From the NCBI GenBank assembly GCA_002269645.1, contig NIVC01000475.1, positions 1 through 64,000 of the forward strand: a DNA stretch of 64,000 nt. The letters are read 5' to 3'. Made by a program: the position numbers and the translations under genes. Positions within the stretch are counted from its first letter, which is position 1. Every line of letters starts with the position of its first letter. The stretch is from Macrostomum lignano. Lineage: Eukaryota. Positions 1 to 11,940 of this stretch are shown piece after piece. The notes under the pieces were generated by a model that was not told the DNA's origin, ran no database searches, and saw only the letters and a list, made by a program, of their open reading frames with translations.

Positions 1-1
1 G

Positions 2-3000
2 ACATACAATGTAATGGCCTATACAGAAATCATGTCAATGATCTGGAAGCGGTTAAACGATAAAAACAAGAACTGGCGTCACGTTATAAAGCTTGGTGCT
101 GCTGGACTATCTAATTAAAACTGGCAGCGAGAGGGTGCCCAGCAATGCCAAGGAGAATCTCTTTGTTATTCAATCATTGCGCGATTTCCAATATATTGAG
201 GAGGCCCGCGATCACGGCCTGAATGTGCGCGAGAAAGCTAAGCAGCTGGTCGCTTTGTTGAAAGATGATGAAAGACTGCGGGCTGAGAGGCCAAGGTGTG
301 TACTGCTTGTCGCTGAGCAATCTGTCACTCTTCTCTGTATCACTGGGTACCTCTCCATGTCTCTGGTTATCTCATCTCTATGTCACTGGGTATCTCCATG
401 TCACTGGGTGTCTCCATCTCACTGGGTATCTCTTCTCTGTCTCTGGTATCTCTTCTCTGTGTCACTGGGTATCTCTTCTCTGTGTCACTGGGTATCTCTT
501 CTCTGTCACTGGGTATCTCTTCTCTGTGTCACTGGGTATCTCTTCTCTGTCACTGGGTATCTCTTCTCTGTGTCACTGTGTATCTCTTCTCTGTCACTGG
601 GTATTTCTTCTCTGTGTCACTGGGTATCTCTTCTCTGTCACTGGGTATCTCTTCTCTGTCACTGGGTATCTCTTCTCTGTGTCACTGGGTATCTTCTCTA
701 TGTCAATAGGTATCTTCTCTGTGTCACTGTGTATCTCTTCTCTGTCACTGGGTATTTCTTCTCTGTGTCACTGGGTATCTCTTCTCTGTCACTGGTATCT
801 CTTCTCTGTGTCACTGGGTATCTCTTCTCTGTCACTGGGTATCTCTTCTCTGTGTCACTGGGTATCTTCTCTATGTCAATAGGTATCTTCTCTGTGTCAC
901 TAGGTATCTCTTCACTACGCCATTATGTACATCTTATCGGTCTATAAGCAATCATTTTGTCTATGGGTATTTCTGTCTGTGTAGCCCTATTGCTAGCCCT
1001 ATAGTTCTGCATTATATTGTGTTCTTCACTCTGACAGGCCTTGCTAACCCGCGAGCGCCTGCACCAGGGTGTGGGGCACCACACCGGCTCTGGCAGCGGT
1101 CGCAGCCGCATGCGCGCGCCGGAGTTCGCCGGCAGCGGAGACGACCTGCCAGCCTCGCCCGTGCCGCTGCCGCTGTTACTGCCGGAGGCGGCGGCGGTGT
1201 ACACCAGGAGGCTGAGGACATCGAACTGCAGTTGGCGTTGGCACTGTCCAAGGAGGAGCATGAACAGGAGATGAGGCGAAGAGAGGCCGAAGGACTTAAA
1301 GAGGATATGAAGCTGAGGATGGCGTTGGAGGCCAGCAAGCGGATGAAGAGGTTTGAGTTGGCTCGTGTGCCTGGTTTCTAATTAAGCTGTCAATGAAAAG
1401 CAGTAATCTAATAGCATGGCGATTTCTAAATTTGCAGGAGCGTCAGAAGAAAGGGGCTACAGTTACTCGGCAGAAGGTATTTTGTTTTATTTGATTCATT
1501 CAAACCGTACTGAAAAAGTTGGGGGGTGGCAGCCTACTGAAGTACAGGGGCAGCCTACTGAAGTACAGGGCAGCCTACTGAAGTACAGTGAAGATTACCA
1601 GCCTACTGAAGTACAGGGGGGCAGTCTACTGACAGTGGGGTGGCAGCCTACTGAAGTACATGAGGGGTGGCAGCCTACTGAAGTACATGAGGGGTGGCAG
1701 CCTACTGAAGTACATGAGGGGGCAGCCTACACTGAAGTGCAGGGATATTTTACGTCTGTTCCATTCCACTGTCTATTTTATTTTCTATTTCTTCTTTCTA
1801 TTCCACCTCCACTTGCGCAGTCGGGAACTCTGGTCGACCTGATTGACACGTCGCTGTCGGCGGCTCCGGCCAACGCGCCCGATCCTTGGGCAAACTCCGC
1901 CCCACGGCCACAGCCTCCATTGGCGGCGGCGCCAGCGCCAGAGACCCTGGAATCTTGGCAGCGCCGACCCCTGGGCTACCGGCGCCACCGCTTCCGTGGG
2001 CGCCAATGGCTCTTCGTTTGGTGAGATAGAGATAGCCAAGACTCGCTTGATAGTTAGCTTTAGCCGCTCAGATCCTCAGCTGCTGGGCCACCAGCCTCCC
2101 AGATCTTCAGTTGCTGGGCCACCAGCCTCCCAGATCCTCAGTTACTGAGCCAGCCTCCCAGATCCTCCATTGCTGGGCCACCATCTTCCCATATCCTCAG
2201 TTGCTGGGTCACCAGCCTCCCAGATCCTCCATTGCTGGCCCACCAGCTTCCCAGATCCTCAGTTGCTGGGCCACCAGCCTCCCAGATCCTCAGCTGCTGG
2301 GCCACCAGCTTCCCAGATCCTCAGTTGCTGGGCCACCAGCCTCCCAGATCCTCAGTTTCTGGGCCACCAGCCTCCCAGATCCTCAGCTGCTGGGCCACCA
2401 GCTTCCCAGATTCTCAGTTGCTGGGCCACCAGCCTCCCAAATCCTCAGTTGCTGGGCCACCAGCCTCCCAAATCCTCAGTTGCTGGCCAGCCTCCCAGAT
2501 CCTCAGCTGCTGGGCCAGCCTCCCAGATCCTCAGCTGCTGGGCCAGCCTCCCAGATCCTCAGTTGCTGGGCCAGCCTCCCAGATCCTCAGCTGCTGGGCC
2601 AGCCTCCCAGATCTTCAGCTGCTGGGCCAGCCTCCCAGATCCTCAGTTGCTGGGCCATTCAGCCTCCCAGATCCTCAGTTGCTGGGCCATTCAGCCTCCC
2701 AGATCCTCAGTTGCTGGCCATTCAGCCTCCCAGATCCTCAGTTGCTGGGCCAGCCTCCCAGATCCTCAGTTGCTGGGCCAGTCTCCCAGATCCTCAGTTG
2801 CTGGGCCATTCAGCCTCTCAGATCCTCAGTTGCTGGGCCAGCCTCCCAGATCCTCAGTTGCTGGGCCATTCAGCCTCTCAGATCCTCAGCTGCTGGGCCA
2901 GCCTCCCAGATCCTCAGTTGCTGGGCCATTCAGCCTCCCAGATCCTCAGCTGCTGGGCCAGCCTCCCAGATCCTCAGCTGCTAGGCCAGCCTCCCAGATC

Positions 3001-5721
3001 CTCAGCTGCTGGGCCAGCCTCCAGATCCTCAGTTGCTGGGCCAGCCTCCAAGATCCTCAGCTGCTGGGCCACTGCCGGCCTTCCATTTCTTCAGTTGCTG
3101 AGCGCTCAGTGAATAATTTCAACGCCATTGACTGTCTGCCATCCCCACGCCCGCAGCAATCGGCGATCCGTGGGCCAAGTCCGCCACCGCCATGTCTGCA
3201 ACGGCGGCTCCGCCGCCCCTGCCAGCCAGACAGCCGCAGTCTTCAGGCAGCGATTTGCAATCTCGTGAGTCTCTCGATTTGAACTTTTTGACTGTCCTGA
3301 GGTTGCACTTAATTGTGTCCTTTTATTTGGCTTACTTAGTATCTGCCGACCTCTGGCTCCCGCGCTGCTCAGCCTCCCGACCTTCTCTCGTCCTCAAACT
3401 CAGCGGAGCAACAGCAGCAGCCCCCGCAAGCGCTTCGGCCAGCAAATCTGTGGCTAAAAATTTCTTGAGCGAGCACGGAAATCTGGTTAATCTGGATAGC
3501 CTAGTTAGTGCGCCGAAGGGTAAGTGTTTTTTAATATAGCTTTTATATAGCCCGAGTGGATTGCTAGTCTAGTTTGTATGGATTGCTAATCTAGTCTGAA
3601 TGGATTGCTAATCTAGTCTGAATGGATTGCTAATCTAGTCAAGAATGGATTGCTAATCTAGTCTGAATGGATTGCTAATCTAGTCAAGAATGGATTGCTA
3701 ATCTAGTCTGAATGGATTGCTAATCTAGTCTGAATGGATTGCTAATCTAGTCTGAATGGATTGCTAATCTAGTCTGAATGGATTGCTAATCTAGTCTGAA
3801 TGGATTGCTAATCTAGAATGAATGCATGGCTAATCTAGTCTGAATGGATTGCTAATCTAGTCTGAATGGATTGCTAATCTAGTCTGAATGGATTGCTAAT
3901 CTAGTCTGAATGGATTGCTAATCTAGTCTGAATGGATTGCTAATCTAGTCATGAATGGATTGCTAATCTAGTCTGAATGGATTGCTAATCTAGTCAAGAA
4001 TGGATTGCTAATCTAGTCAAGAATGGATTGCTAATCTAGTCTGAATGGATTGCTAATCTAGTCTGAATGGATTGCTAATCTAGTCTGAATGGATTGCTAA
4101 TCTAGTCAAGAATGGATTGCTAATCTAGTCAAGAATGGATTGCCAATCTAGTCTGAATGGATTGCTAATCTAGTCTGAATGGATTGCTAATCTAGTCAAG
4201 AATGGATTGCTAATCTAGTCTGAATGGATTGCTAATCTAGTCTGAATGGATTGCTAATCTAGTCTGAATGGATTGCTAATCTAGTCTGAATGGATTGCTA
4301 ATCTAGTCTGAATGGATTGCTAATCTAGAATGAATGCATGGCTAATCTAGTCTGAATGGATTGCTAATCTAGTCTGAATGGATTGCTAATCTAGTCTGAA
4401 TGGATTGCTAATCTAGTCTGAATGGATTGCTAATCTAGTCTGAATGGATTGCTAATCTAGTCATGAATGGATTGCTAATCTAGTCTGAATGGATTGCTAA
4501 TCTAGTCAAGAATGGATTGCTAATCTAGTCAAGAATGGATTGCTAATCTAGTCTGAATGGATTGCTAATCTAGTCTGAATGGATTGCTAATCTAGTCTGA
4601 ATGGATTGCTAATCTAGTCAAGAATGGATTGCTAATCTAGTCAAGAATGGATTGCTAATCTAGTCTGAATGGATTGCTAATCTAGTCTGAATGGATTGCT
4701 AATCTAGTCTGAATGGATTGCTAATCTAGTCTGAATGGATTGCTAATCTAGTCAAGAATGGATTGCTAATCTAGTCAAGAATGGATTGCTAATCTAGTCT
4801 GAATGGATTGCTAATCTAGTCAAGAATGGATTGCTAATCTAGTCTGAATGGATTGCTAATCTAGTCAAGAATGGATTGCTAATCTAGTCTGAATGGATTG
4901 CTAATCTAGTCAAGAATGGATTGCTAATCTAGTCTGAATGGATTGCTAATCTAGTCAAGAATGGATTGCTAATCTAGTCTGAATGGATTGCTAATCTAGT
5001 CAAGAATGGATTGCTAATCTAGTCTGAATGGATTGCTAATCTAGTCAAGAATGGATTGCTAATCTAGAATGAATGCATGGCTAATCTAGTTTGTATGGAT
5101 TGCTAATCTAGTCTGAATGGATTTCTAATCTAGTCAAGAATGGATTGCTAATCTAGAATGAATGCATGGCTAATCTAGTTTGTATGGATTGCTAATCTAG
5201 TCTGAATGGATTGCTAATCTAGTCAAGAATGGATTGCTAATCTAGAATGAATGCATGGCTAATCTAGTTTGTATGGATTGCTAATCTAGTCTGAATGGAT
5301 TGCTAATCTAGTCAAGAATGGATTGCTAATCTAGTCTGAATGGATTGCTAATCTAGTCAAGAATGGATTGCTAATCTAGAATGAATGCATGGCTAATCTA
5401 GTTTGTATGGATTGCTAATCTAGTTTAGCTAATCTGAGCAGCAGAATTTCGCATTCTTATTTGCCATCTGCCTACTTACAGTAGCGCAGCCAGTATCCAA
5501 ATGCCAACAGTAATTACAAAAAACTAGGATTTGCAGCGGGCGCTGGCACAAATCCATTCGCATCGGGGCTGGGCGGGGTCAACCCGTTCGCAAGCTCCGG
5601 CCCGGGCTCAGCTGGTCAGCCCACTCTGGCCGAGTTACAGCAGCAGCAGCAGCAGCATCACTTCAACATGTCCCATGAGCCTGTGCCAGCCTCGGCTGCC
5701 GGACTCAACCCATTCCTATGA
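2..5721 (+). CDS. EPN: Epsin (ENTH, 2 UIM, DPW, clathrin box, 3 NPF), 5'-partial, 6 visible exons, several frameshifting indels
   Basis: Exons about <1-295, 1038-1350, 1821-2020, 3095-3264, 3340-3519 and 5482 or 5528-5721, with GT/AG ends. ENTH segment TYNVMAYTEIMSMIWKRLNDKNKNWRHV...LLDYLIKTGSERV...NVREKAKQLVALLKD. UIMs EDIELQLALALSKEE and EDMKLRMALEASK. DPW motifs, NFLSEHGNLVNLDSLV, TNPF, VNPF and the terminal LNPFL* typical of epsins. Small indels must be assumed in exons 1-3 and possibly others. Confidence 0.93.
350..935. repeat. Minisatellite, 21-23 bp unit TCACTGGGTATCTCTTCTCTG(TG), epsin intron
   Basis: Tandem repeat read directly; it explains ORFs 93..947 (3' part), 265..882 and 380..709. 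Confidence 0.95.
1528..1740. repeat. Minisatellite, core GGCAGCCTACTGAAGTACA, epsin intron
   Basis: About 8 degenerate copies seen. Confidence 0.9.
2070..3070. repeat. Minisatellite, ~28-31 bp unit CCAGCCTCCCAGATCCTCAGTTGCTGGG(CCA), epsin intron
   Basis: Tandem repeat read directly; the same unit recurs at 31240-31610. Confidence 0.95.
3565..5425. repeat. Satellite, ~22 bp unit TGGATTGCTAATCTAGTCTGAA (variant ...TCAAGAA), last epsin intron
   Basis: ~1.86 kb homogeneous array with higher-order structure. Confidence 0.97.
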
Positions 5722-6249
5722 GTTCTCGCATATTGCTGTTTTCTTTAATCTGGTCTGCATTAACAGCTTGTCCAGTCTGATTGCTGTTATAGTAATAAGC
5801 TACTACTAAAGGTTTAGTAACCGGCCTTCCTCTTACATCGTGTCGTCATTGTTTTGTTTTGGAGAAGAGAAATAGAATTAAGTTTTACTGTACGAATCGT
5901 TTTATAAAGTAGTTTTGCAGCGTCTAGTTGTGATAAGGCCCCCAGTCGCTCCCCTAGAAGAGCAATTTCTTGTTTAGTAGAAAAAAATGTTGCTTAATAC
6001 AATGATTGAAATGGAGATCTTCCTTTTTATGTGTATTGCGCATCGTGTGTAAGGAGTAGCTCTGGCATCGGGGGTGATGACTGACTGGTCTTTTTGTGTT
6101 TTTTTAGACCACCATGTAGTTTTTTTATTAACAATTTTATATTTACAATATCAATATCCATGTTTGATTGTTGACACAGAATCAGAGAACATGTGCGCGG
6201 CTAGTGAAGGATTGGTAATGAAGCGTAATAGTAATGAGTAATTGGTAAT

Positions 6250-7345
6250 TTGGTGTACATTCATATTGAATTAGGAGGGGTAGAGAGATAGGTCTCAATG
6301 TACATTCATATGGAATTGGGGTAGAGAGATTGAGACTTTGATGTACATTCATATGGAATTGGGGTAGAGAGATTGAGACTTTGATGTACATTCATATGGA
6401 ATTGGGGTAGAGAGATAGAGGTCTCAATGTACATTCATATTGAATTGGGGTAGAGCGATTGAGGCTTTGATGTACATTCATATGGAATTGGGGTAGAGAG
6501 ATTTAGACTTTGATGTACATTCATATGGAATTGGGGTAGAGAAATTGAGACTGATGTACATTCATATGGAATTGGGGTAGAGAGATTGAGGTCTCAATGT
6601 ACATTCATATGGAATTGGGGTAGAGCGATTGAGGCTTTGATGTACATTCATATGGAATTGGGGTAGAGAGATTTAGACTTTGATGTACATTCATATGGAA
6701 TTGGGGTAGAGAAATTGAGACTGATGTACATTCATATGGAATTGGGGTAGAGAGATTGAGGTCTCAATGTACATTCATATGGAATTGGGGTAGAGAGATT
6801 GAGGTCTCAATGTACATTCATATGGAATTGGGGTAGAGAAATTGAGACTGATGTACATTCATATGGAATTGGGGTAGAGAGATTGAGGTCTCAATGTACA
6901 TTTATATGGAATTGGGGTAGAGATTGAGGTCTCAATGTACATTCATATGGAATAGGGGTAGAGAGATTGAGGTCTCAATGTACATTCATATGGAATTGGG
7001 TAGAGAGATTGAAGTCTTAATGTACATTCATATGGAATTGGGGTAGAGAGATTGAAGTCTTAATGTACATTCATATGGAATTGGGGTAGAGATTGAATTC
7101 TCAATGTACATTTATATGGAATTGGGGTAGAGATTGAGTCTCAATGTACATTCATATGGAATAGGGGTAGAGAGATTGAGGTCTCAATGTACATTCATAT
7201 GGAATTGGGGTAGAGAGATTGAGGTCTCAATGTACATTCATATGGAATTGGGGTAGAGAGATTGAAGTCTTAATGTACATTCATATGGAATTGGGGTAGA
7301 GATTGAAGTCTCAATGTACATTCATATGGAATTGGGGTAGAGATT
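6250..7345. repeat. Minisatellite, ~41-43 bp unit ATGTACATTCATATGGAATTGGGGTAGAGAGATTGAGGTCTCA
   Basis: Tandem repeat read directly, downstream of epsin. Confidence 0.95.
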
Positions 7346-8577
7346 ACGCCTTTTGCGTCTTGGTAGTTGGTTTATATAAACACAGCTGAATCACACAGTA
7401 CAAGTGTGGGTTTGAAACATTTTATGCTTGATGATTGAGCTGCATCTTCTGATTGCATAAGCAGGTAACCCTGCTGTCTGTATTTTTCATTTTAGTTTAC
7501 GCTTAAAAAATTATTTATTCCTCAAAAATCATTCTTAATTGCAATTAAACTAATTTCATTGCTGTTTCTTTATATTTTTTATCAGGCTTGAGTTCTACCC
7601 TTGTCCTCTTCACAATTTCCTCTCTGACCTCATAGCCCATTTATTCGTTAAAACATGCTCGCAATCTTAAGTAATCAAGACCAATGCTTAATTATAGCAA
7701 AGGCTAAATCGAAATTTTTATTTGCTGCTTTTGCACAATAGTAATGATTTTTACTACTGCCATTATGTTAGCCACTTTTTTTTAGTCTGGCCCACCTTTT
7801 TTGGGCAAAGCCGTCGTGTTTTTATATATAATCGCGTCATCTTTATACTTACACGTATTGCTAACTGCGCTACTGTTAGTAGCCTAGCTGCGAGTTTTAC
7901 GCGAATTATTTGATTTGGCAATAAAATTACTGAATTAACGAATTTCGTCGGGCGGTTTTTTTAATTGTCTGCTTTCTGTGTCTCTACAGTTCCTCCTGAG
8001 CATGGCTAAGTAGCTCTCACTCCATTGCAGTTAATCGAATGCCTGCTTGTCCGCTTTGTAATATATACACACCCATTAATTGCATTGCAATGTTGCAAAC
8101 TGTTTTATAAATAATTAACCAAATTTGTTTAGATCAAATACGATAATAATAATAATAATAATAATTCGAAGCTAACAATATTGGCAATTAAAACTGAGAA
8201 TTTTGGCTCCTGTTGTCTTGTCAATTTGCCCAGCCGAGTCATGCACTGTCACGTCTATCAGACTGGAATGTTTGCCAAAGCCTATCAGCGGATTTCACCA
8301 TTTGCAGGCATGTGGGGTCTGCTCTCTCTTCTTTTCCCACTTCCTTCAGGCTGCGCAAATACCCCGGGTTTAACCCCGCTTGTGTGCCTTCCAGGTAGAG
8401 CGCTTTCACCTCTGTCTGCAGCCTCTTTGTTCAACCATGGAGACACTGCACTAGAATTTGAAGTGTCAACAAACTTTTCCCTAAACCATCAGTCAAGACT
8501 CAAAATTGCTGACTCTCAAGGCCTCTCAAGGCAGCTACAGTGGGACAAGCAAACTTTTTTTGGGTCGGGATATAAAA

Positions 8578-9545
8578 TTAGGATCTCGGGACAAGTAGGG
8601 ACGGGATCTCGGACAAGTTGGGACGGGATCTTGGGACAAGTTGGACGGGATCTCGGGACAAGTTGGGACGGGATCTTGGGACAAACCAGGATGGGATCTC
8701 GGGACAAGTTGGGACGGGATCTTGGGACAAACCAGGATGGGATCTCGGGACAAGTTGGGACGGGATCTTGGGACAAACCAGGATGGGATCTCGGGACAAG
8801 TTGGGACGGGATTTCGGGGATAAGTTGGGACGGGATCTTGGGACAAACCAGGATGGGATCTCGGACAAGTTGGGACGGGATCTTGGGACAAACCTGGACG
8901 GGATCTCGGGATAAGTTGGGACGGGATCTCGGGACAAGTTGGGACGGGATCTCGGGATAAGTTGGGACGGGATCTCGGGACAAACCAGGATGGGATCTCG
9001 GGACAAGTTAGGACGGGATTTTGGGACAAACCAGGACGGGATCTCGGAGACAAGTTGGGACGGGATCTCGGGACAAGTTGGGACGGGATCTCGGGACAAG
9101 TTGGGACGGGATCTCGGGACAAGTTGGGACGGGATCTCGGGACAAACCAGGACGGAATCTTGGGACAAACCTGGACGGGATCTCGGGACAAGTTGGGACG
9201 GGATCTTGGGACAGGTCGGGACGGGATCTCGGGACAGGTCGGGACGGGATCTCTGGACAAGTAGGGACGGGATCTTGGGAAAAAACCAGGACGAGATCTC
9301 GGGACAGGTAGGGATGGGATCTCAGGACAAGTTGGGACGGGATCTCGGGACAAGTCGACGGGATCTCGGGACAAGTCGACGGGATCTTGGGACAAGTTGG
9401 GACTGGATCTCGGGACAAGTCGACGGGATCTCGGGACAAGTCGACGGGATCTCGGGACAAGTCGGGACGAAATCTCTGGACAAGTACGACGGGATCTTGG
9501 GACAAGTTGGGACTGGATCTTAGGATAAGTTGGGACTGGATCCCA
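8578..9545. repeat. Minisatellite, ~23 bp unit GGGACGGGATCTCGGGACAAGTT
   Basis: Tandem repeat; source of the stacked ORFs in 8516-9596. Confidence 0.95.
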
Positions 9546-10024
9546 TAGAAAATAACACAAAACCTCGCCCTCTGGCTCAACTATTCTACTTTGCAAGCTA
9601 AGCTTGGCTGCCTAGGGGTTGGCGCTGGGTCTGAAAATAGTGGATTTGCAGTCGAGGGGCTGTGCTTCGGATTGGCTTGCCTGCAATTATCAGCTGCTTA
9701 AAAGCGCAGAAGCGCTTGGCTCAGCTGAATAGAGCCTCACGATGCTTTGCTTGAGTGGCAATCGATTGAGTGCTTCAATTACGAGCGTATTCCATCTCTT
9801 CCTGCTTTTATGCTAAGTGTTGCCTATTGAAATGCAGTTTGTCTCCTCGATAATTATCTCTTCCTACCTGTCTGAAAGTCGCTCAGCTAAATCAGCAGCC
9901 ATCGCATATTGGCACCTGTCGACACTGCTTTCTGCTTGGTTTTTTTCCTATTGAGAATTGCTCGTCTGAAATTCAAAATCCTCTCTTCTGGATTATTATT
10001 TTTTAACAGTTTTCCTTCAGCAGT

Positions 10025-10930
10025 CTCTGGATGATCATCCTTAAAACACCTGGTTTACAGCCACCATCCTCTGGATGATCATACTTAAAACACCTGGTTT
10101 ACAGTCACCATCCTCTGGATGATCATACTTAAAACACCTGGTTTACAGCCACCATCCTCTGGATGATCATACTTAAAACACCTGGTTTACAGCCACCATC
10201 CTCTGGATAATCACCCTTAACACAGTTGATTTACAGCCACCATCCTCTGGATGATCATACTTAAAACACCTGGTTTACAGTCACCATCCTCTGGATGATC
10301 ATACTTAAAACACCTGGTTTACAGTCACCATCCTCTGGATGATCATACTTAAAACACCTGGTTTACAGCCACCATCCTCTGGATGATCATGCTTAAAACA
10401 CCTGGTTTACAGCCACCATCCTCTGTATGATCATACTTAAAACACCTGGTTTACAGCCACCATCCTCTGGATGATCATACTTAAAACACCTGGTTTACAG
10501 CCACCATCCTCTGGATGATCATGCTTAAAACACCTGGTTTACAGTCACCATCCTCTGGATGATCATACTTAAAACACCTGGTTTACAGTCACCATCCTCT
10601 GGATGATCATACTTAAAACACCTGGTTTACAGCCACCATCCTCTGGATGATCATACTTAAAACACCTGGTTTACAGCCACCATCCTCTGGATGATCATAC
10701 TTAAAACACCTGGTTTACAGCCACCATCCTCTGGATGATCATGCTTAAAACACCTGGTTTACAGTCACCATCCTCTGGATGATCATACTTAAAACACCTG
10801 GTTTACAGTCACCATCCTCTGGATGATCATACTTAAAACACCTTGTTTACAGCCACCATCCTCTGGATAATCACCCTTAACACAGTTGATTTACAGCCAC
10901 CATCCTCTGGATGATCATCCTTAACACACC
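10025..10930. repeat. Minisatellite, 44 bp unit CCATCCTCTGGATGATCATACTTAAAACACCTGGTTTACAGCCA
   Basis: About 20 near-identical copies seen. Confidence 0.96.
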
Positions 10931-11274
10931 TGATCTACATTTACCATCCTTGCCAATTGTGAAGAATCTCTCTTGACAAACCGGTTTTAAAAACTGTCTA
11001 CAGAAAAGACTAACAAATTCTTCAATTAGTAAAAAGAATTGGTCAAAAGATTGCTTTAAAAATTGCAGCAAACGAAATGTGCTCAATTTAATCATAAGAA
11101 AACGCCAATTGTGTGTTATTCCTTTTTCAAAGCGGCGCCGCGCCTCGCTTGGGGCGAAGGATAAGTTCGAGAGAAAAAGCAACTGCACTCGAATGTTAGG
11201 CATTCTTTCTGAAGAAAAATCATTGTCGATGGGCTGCGAAAATAATATTGTGGATGCCAACTAGGGCAAAGTGC

Positions 11275-11940
11275 TCAGGGCCGCGTCCTGAACTCCTTCA
11301 CGTTCACTTTGGCGCTGAATCTGACTGCTGCCGCGACTGCGGCTGCTGTGGCCGCTTGCTGAGGCTGCGGCTGTTGGTGAAGTTGTAGTTGCTGCTGCTG
11401 TTGGCACTGCTGTTGCTGCTGATGTTGCCGCAGAAGCTGCTGAGGCTGCGGCTGTTGGTCGCTCAGCTGGATCTGTCGATAGTAGTCGATCTCTTCGATC
11501 AGTTCGCGAGCTCCGCCCGCCTCGCCACCGATGGCTCGCCGGATGAGGTGACAGCGGAGGCCAAGCTCATCAAGGACGATCTTCTCGAACAGCAGGTCGC
11601 TCCGGCGGATGGCACGCCTGCGGTCGGAAATGCCGGCAATGGCCTGGTCGACTCGCTGCACGGCCAGCCGCCACTCCGGCTCCGGCCAGGCCGACGAGCC
11701 GAGCGCTTCGCGCAGCGGTCGCCACCGCTCTGGGCTGAAGTAGTCGGCTACAACGTTGTCGAAGGTGTTGACGATGGCGTGCACGTCGTTGGCGCTGAGA
11801 TCGTCAGTCAGTTGGCGACGTTCAACAACGTCGTTAAGGCTGCGCGCGACGGTCAGGTCTAAGTCGAGAATTCTTCGCCGAATGACTCGGAGAGCTTGCA
11901 GGTTGTGCAGCTGCTGTTGCTGCTGCTGCTGCTGTTCCAT
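11275..11940 (-). CDS. Single-exon 221-aa poly-Q orphan protein with a helical core and C-terminal VRFSAKVNVKEF motif
   Basis: ATG-to-TGA ORF in a GC-rich, coding-like segment. Q-rich ends flank a ~150-aa non-repetitive amphipathic core. No family recognised. Confidence 0.7.
   Translation of the reverse strand: MEQQQQQQQQLHNLQALRVIRRRILDLDLTVARSLNDVVERRQLTDDLSANDVHAIVNTFDNVVADYFSPERWRPLREALGSSAWPEPEWRLAVQRVDQAIAGISDRRRAIRRSDLLFEKIVLDELGLRCHLIRRAIGGEAGGARELIEEIDYYRQIQLSDQQPQPQQLLRQHQQQQQCQQQQQLQLHQQPQPQQAATAAAVAAAVRFSAKVNVKEFRTRP

Noticed and set aside
265-947. Long Cys/Ser/Leu-rich ORFs in three frames
   Set aside because: Translation of a stop-free intronic minisatellite. Only the first ~295 nt of the window are epsin exon.
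2111-3282. Pro/Gln-rich ORFs (333, 370 and 250 aa)
   Set aside because: Products of the 28-31 bp repeat, open in all frames; the true exons flank it with canonical splice sites.
8181-9596. Stack of ORFs on both strands
   Set aside because: Derived from the 23-bp repeat. I tried to build exons from the unique flanks (8200-8560, 9550-10020) on both strands and found no consistent frame; a non-coding or UTR transcript is not excluded.
10025-10930. Regular 44-bp array resembling a CRISPR array
   Set aside because: No unique spacers, no cas genes, eukaryotic context. The same applies to all other arrays in the window.
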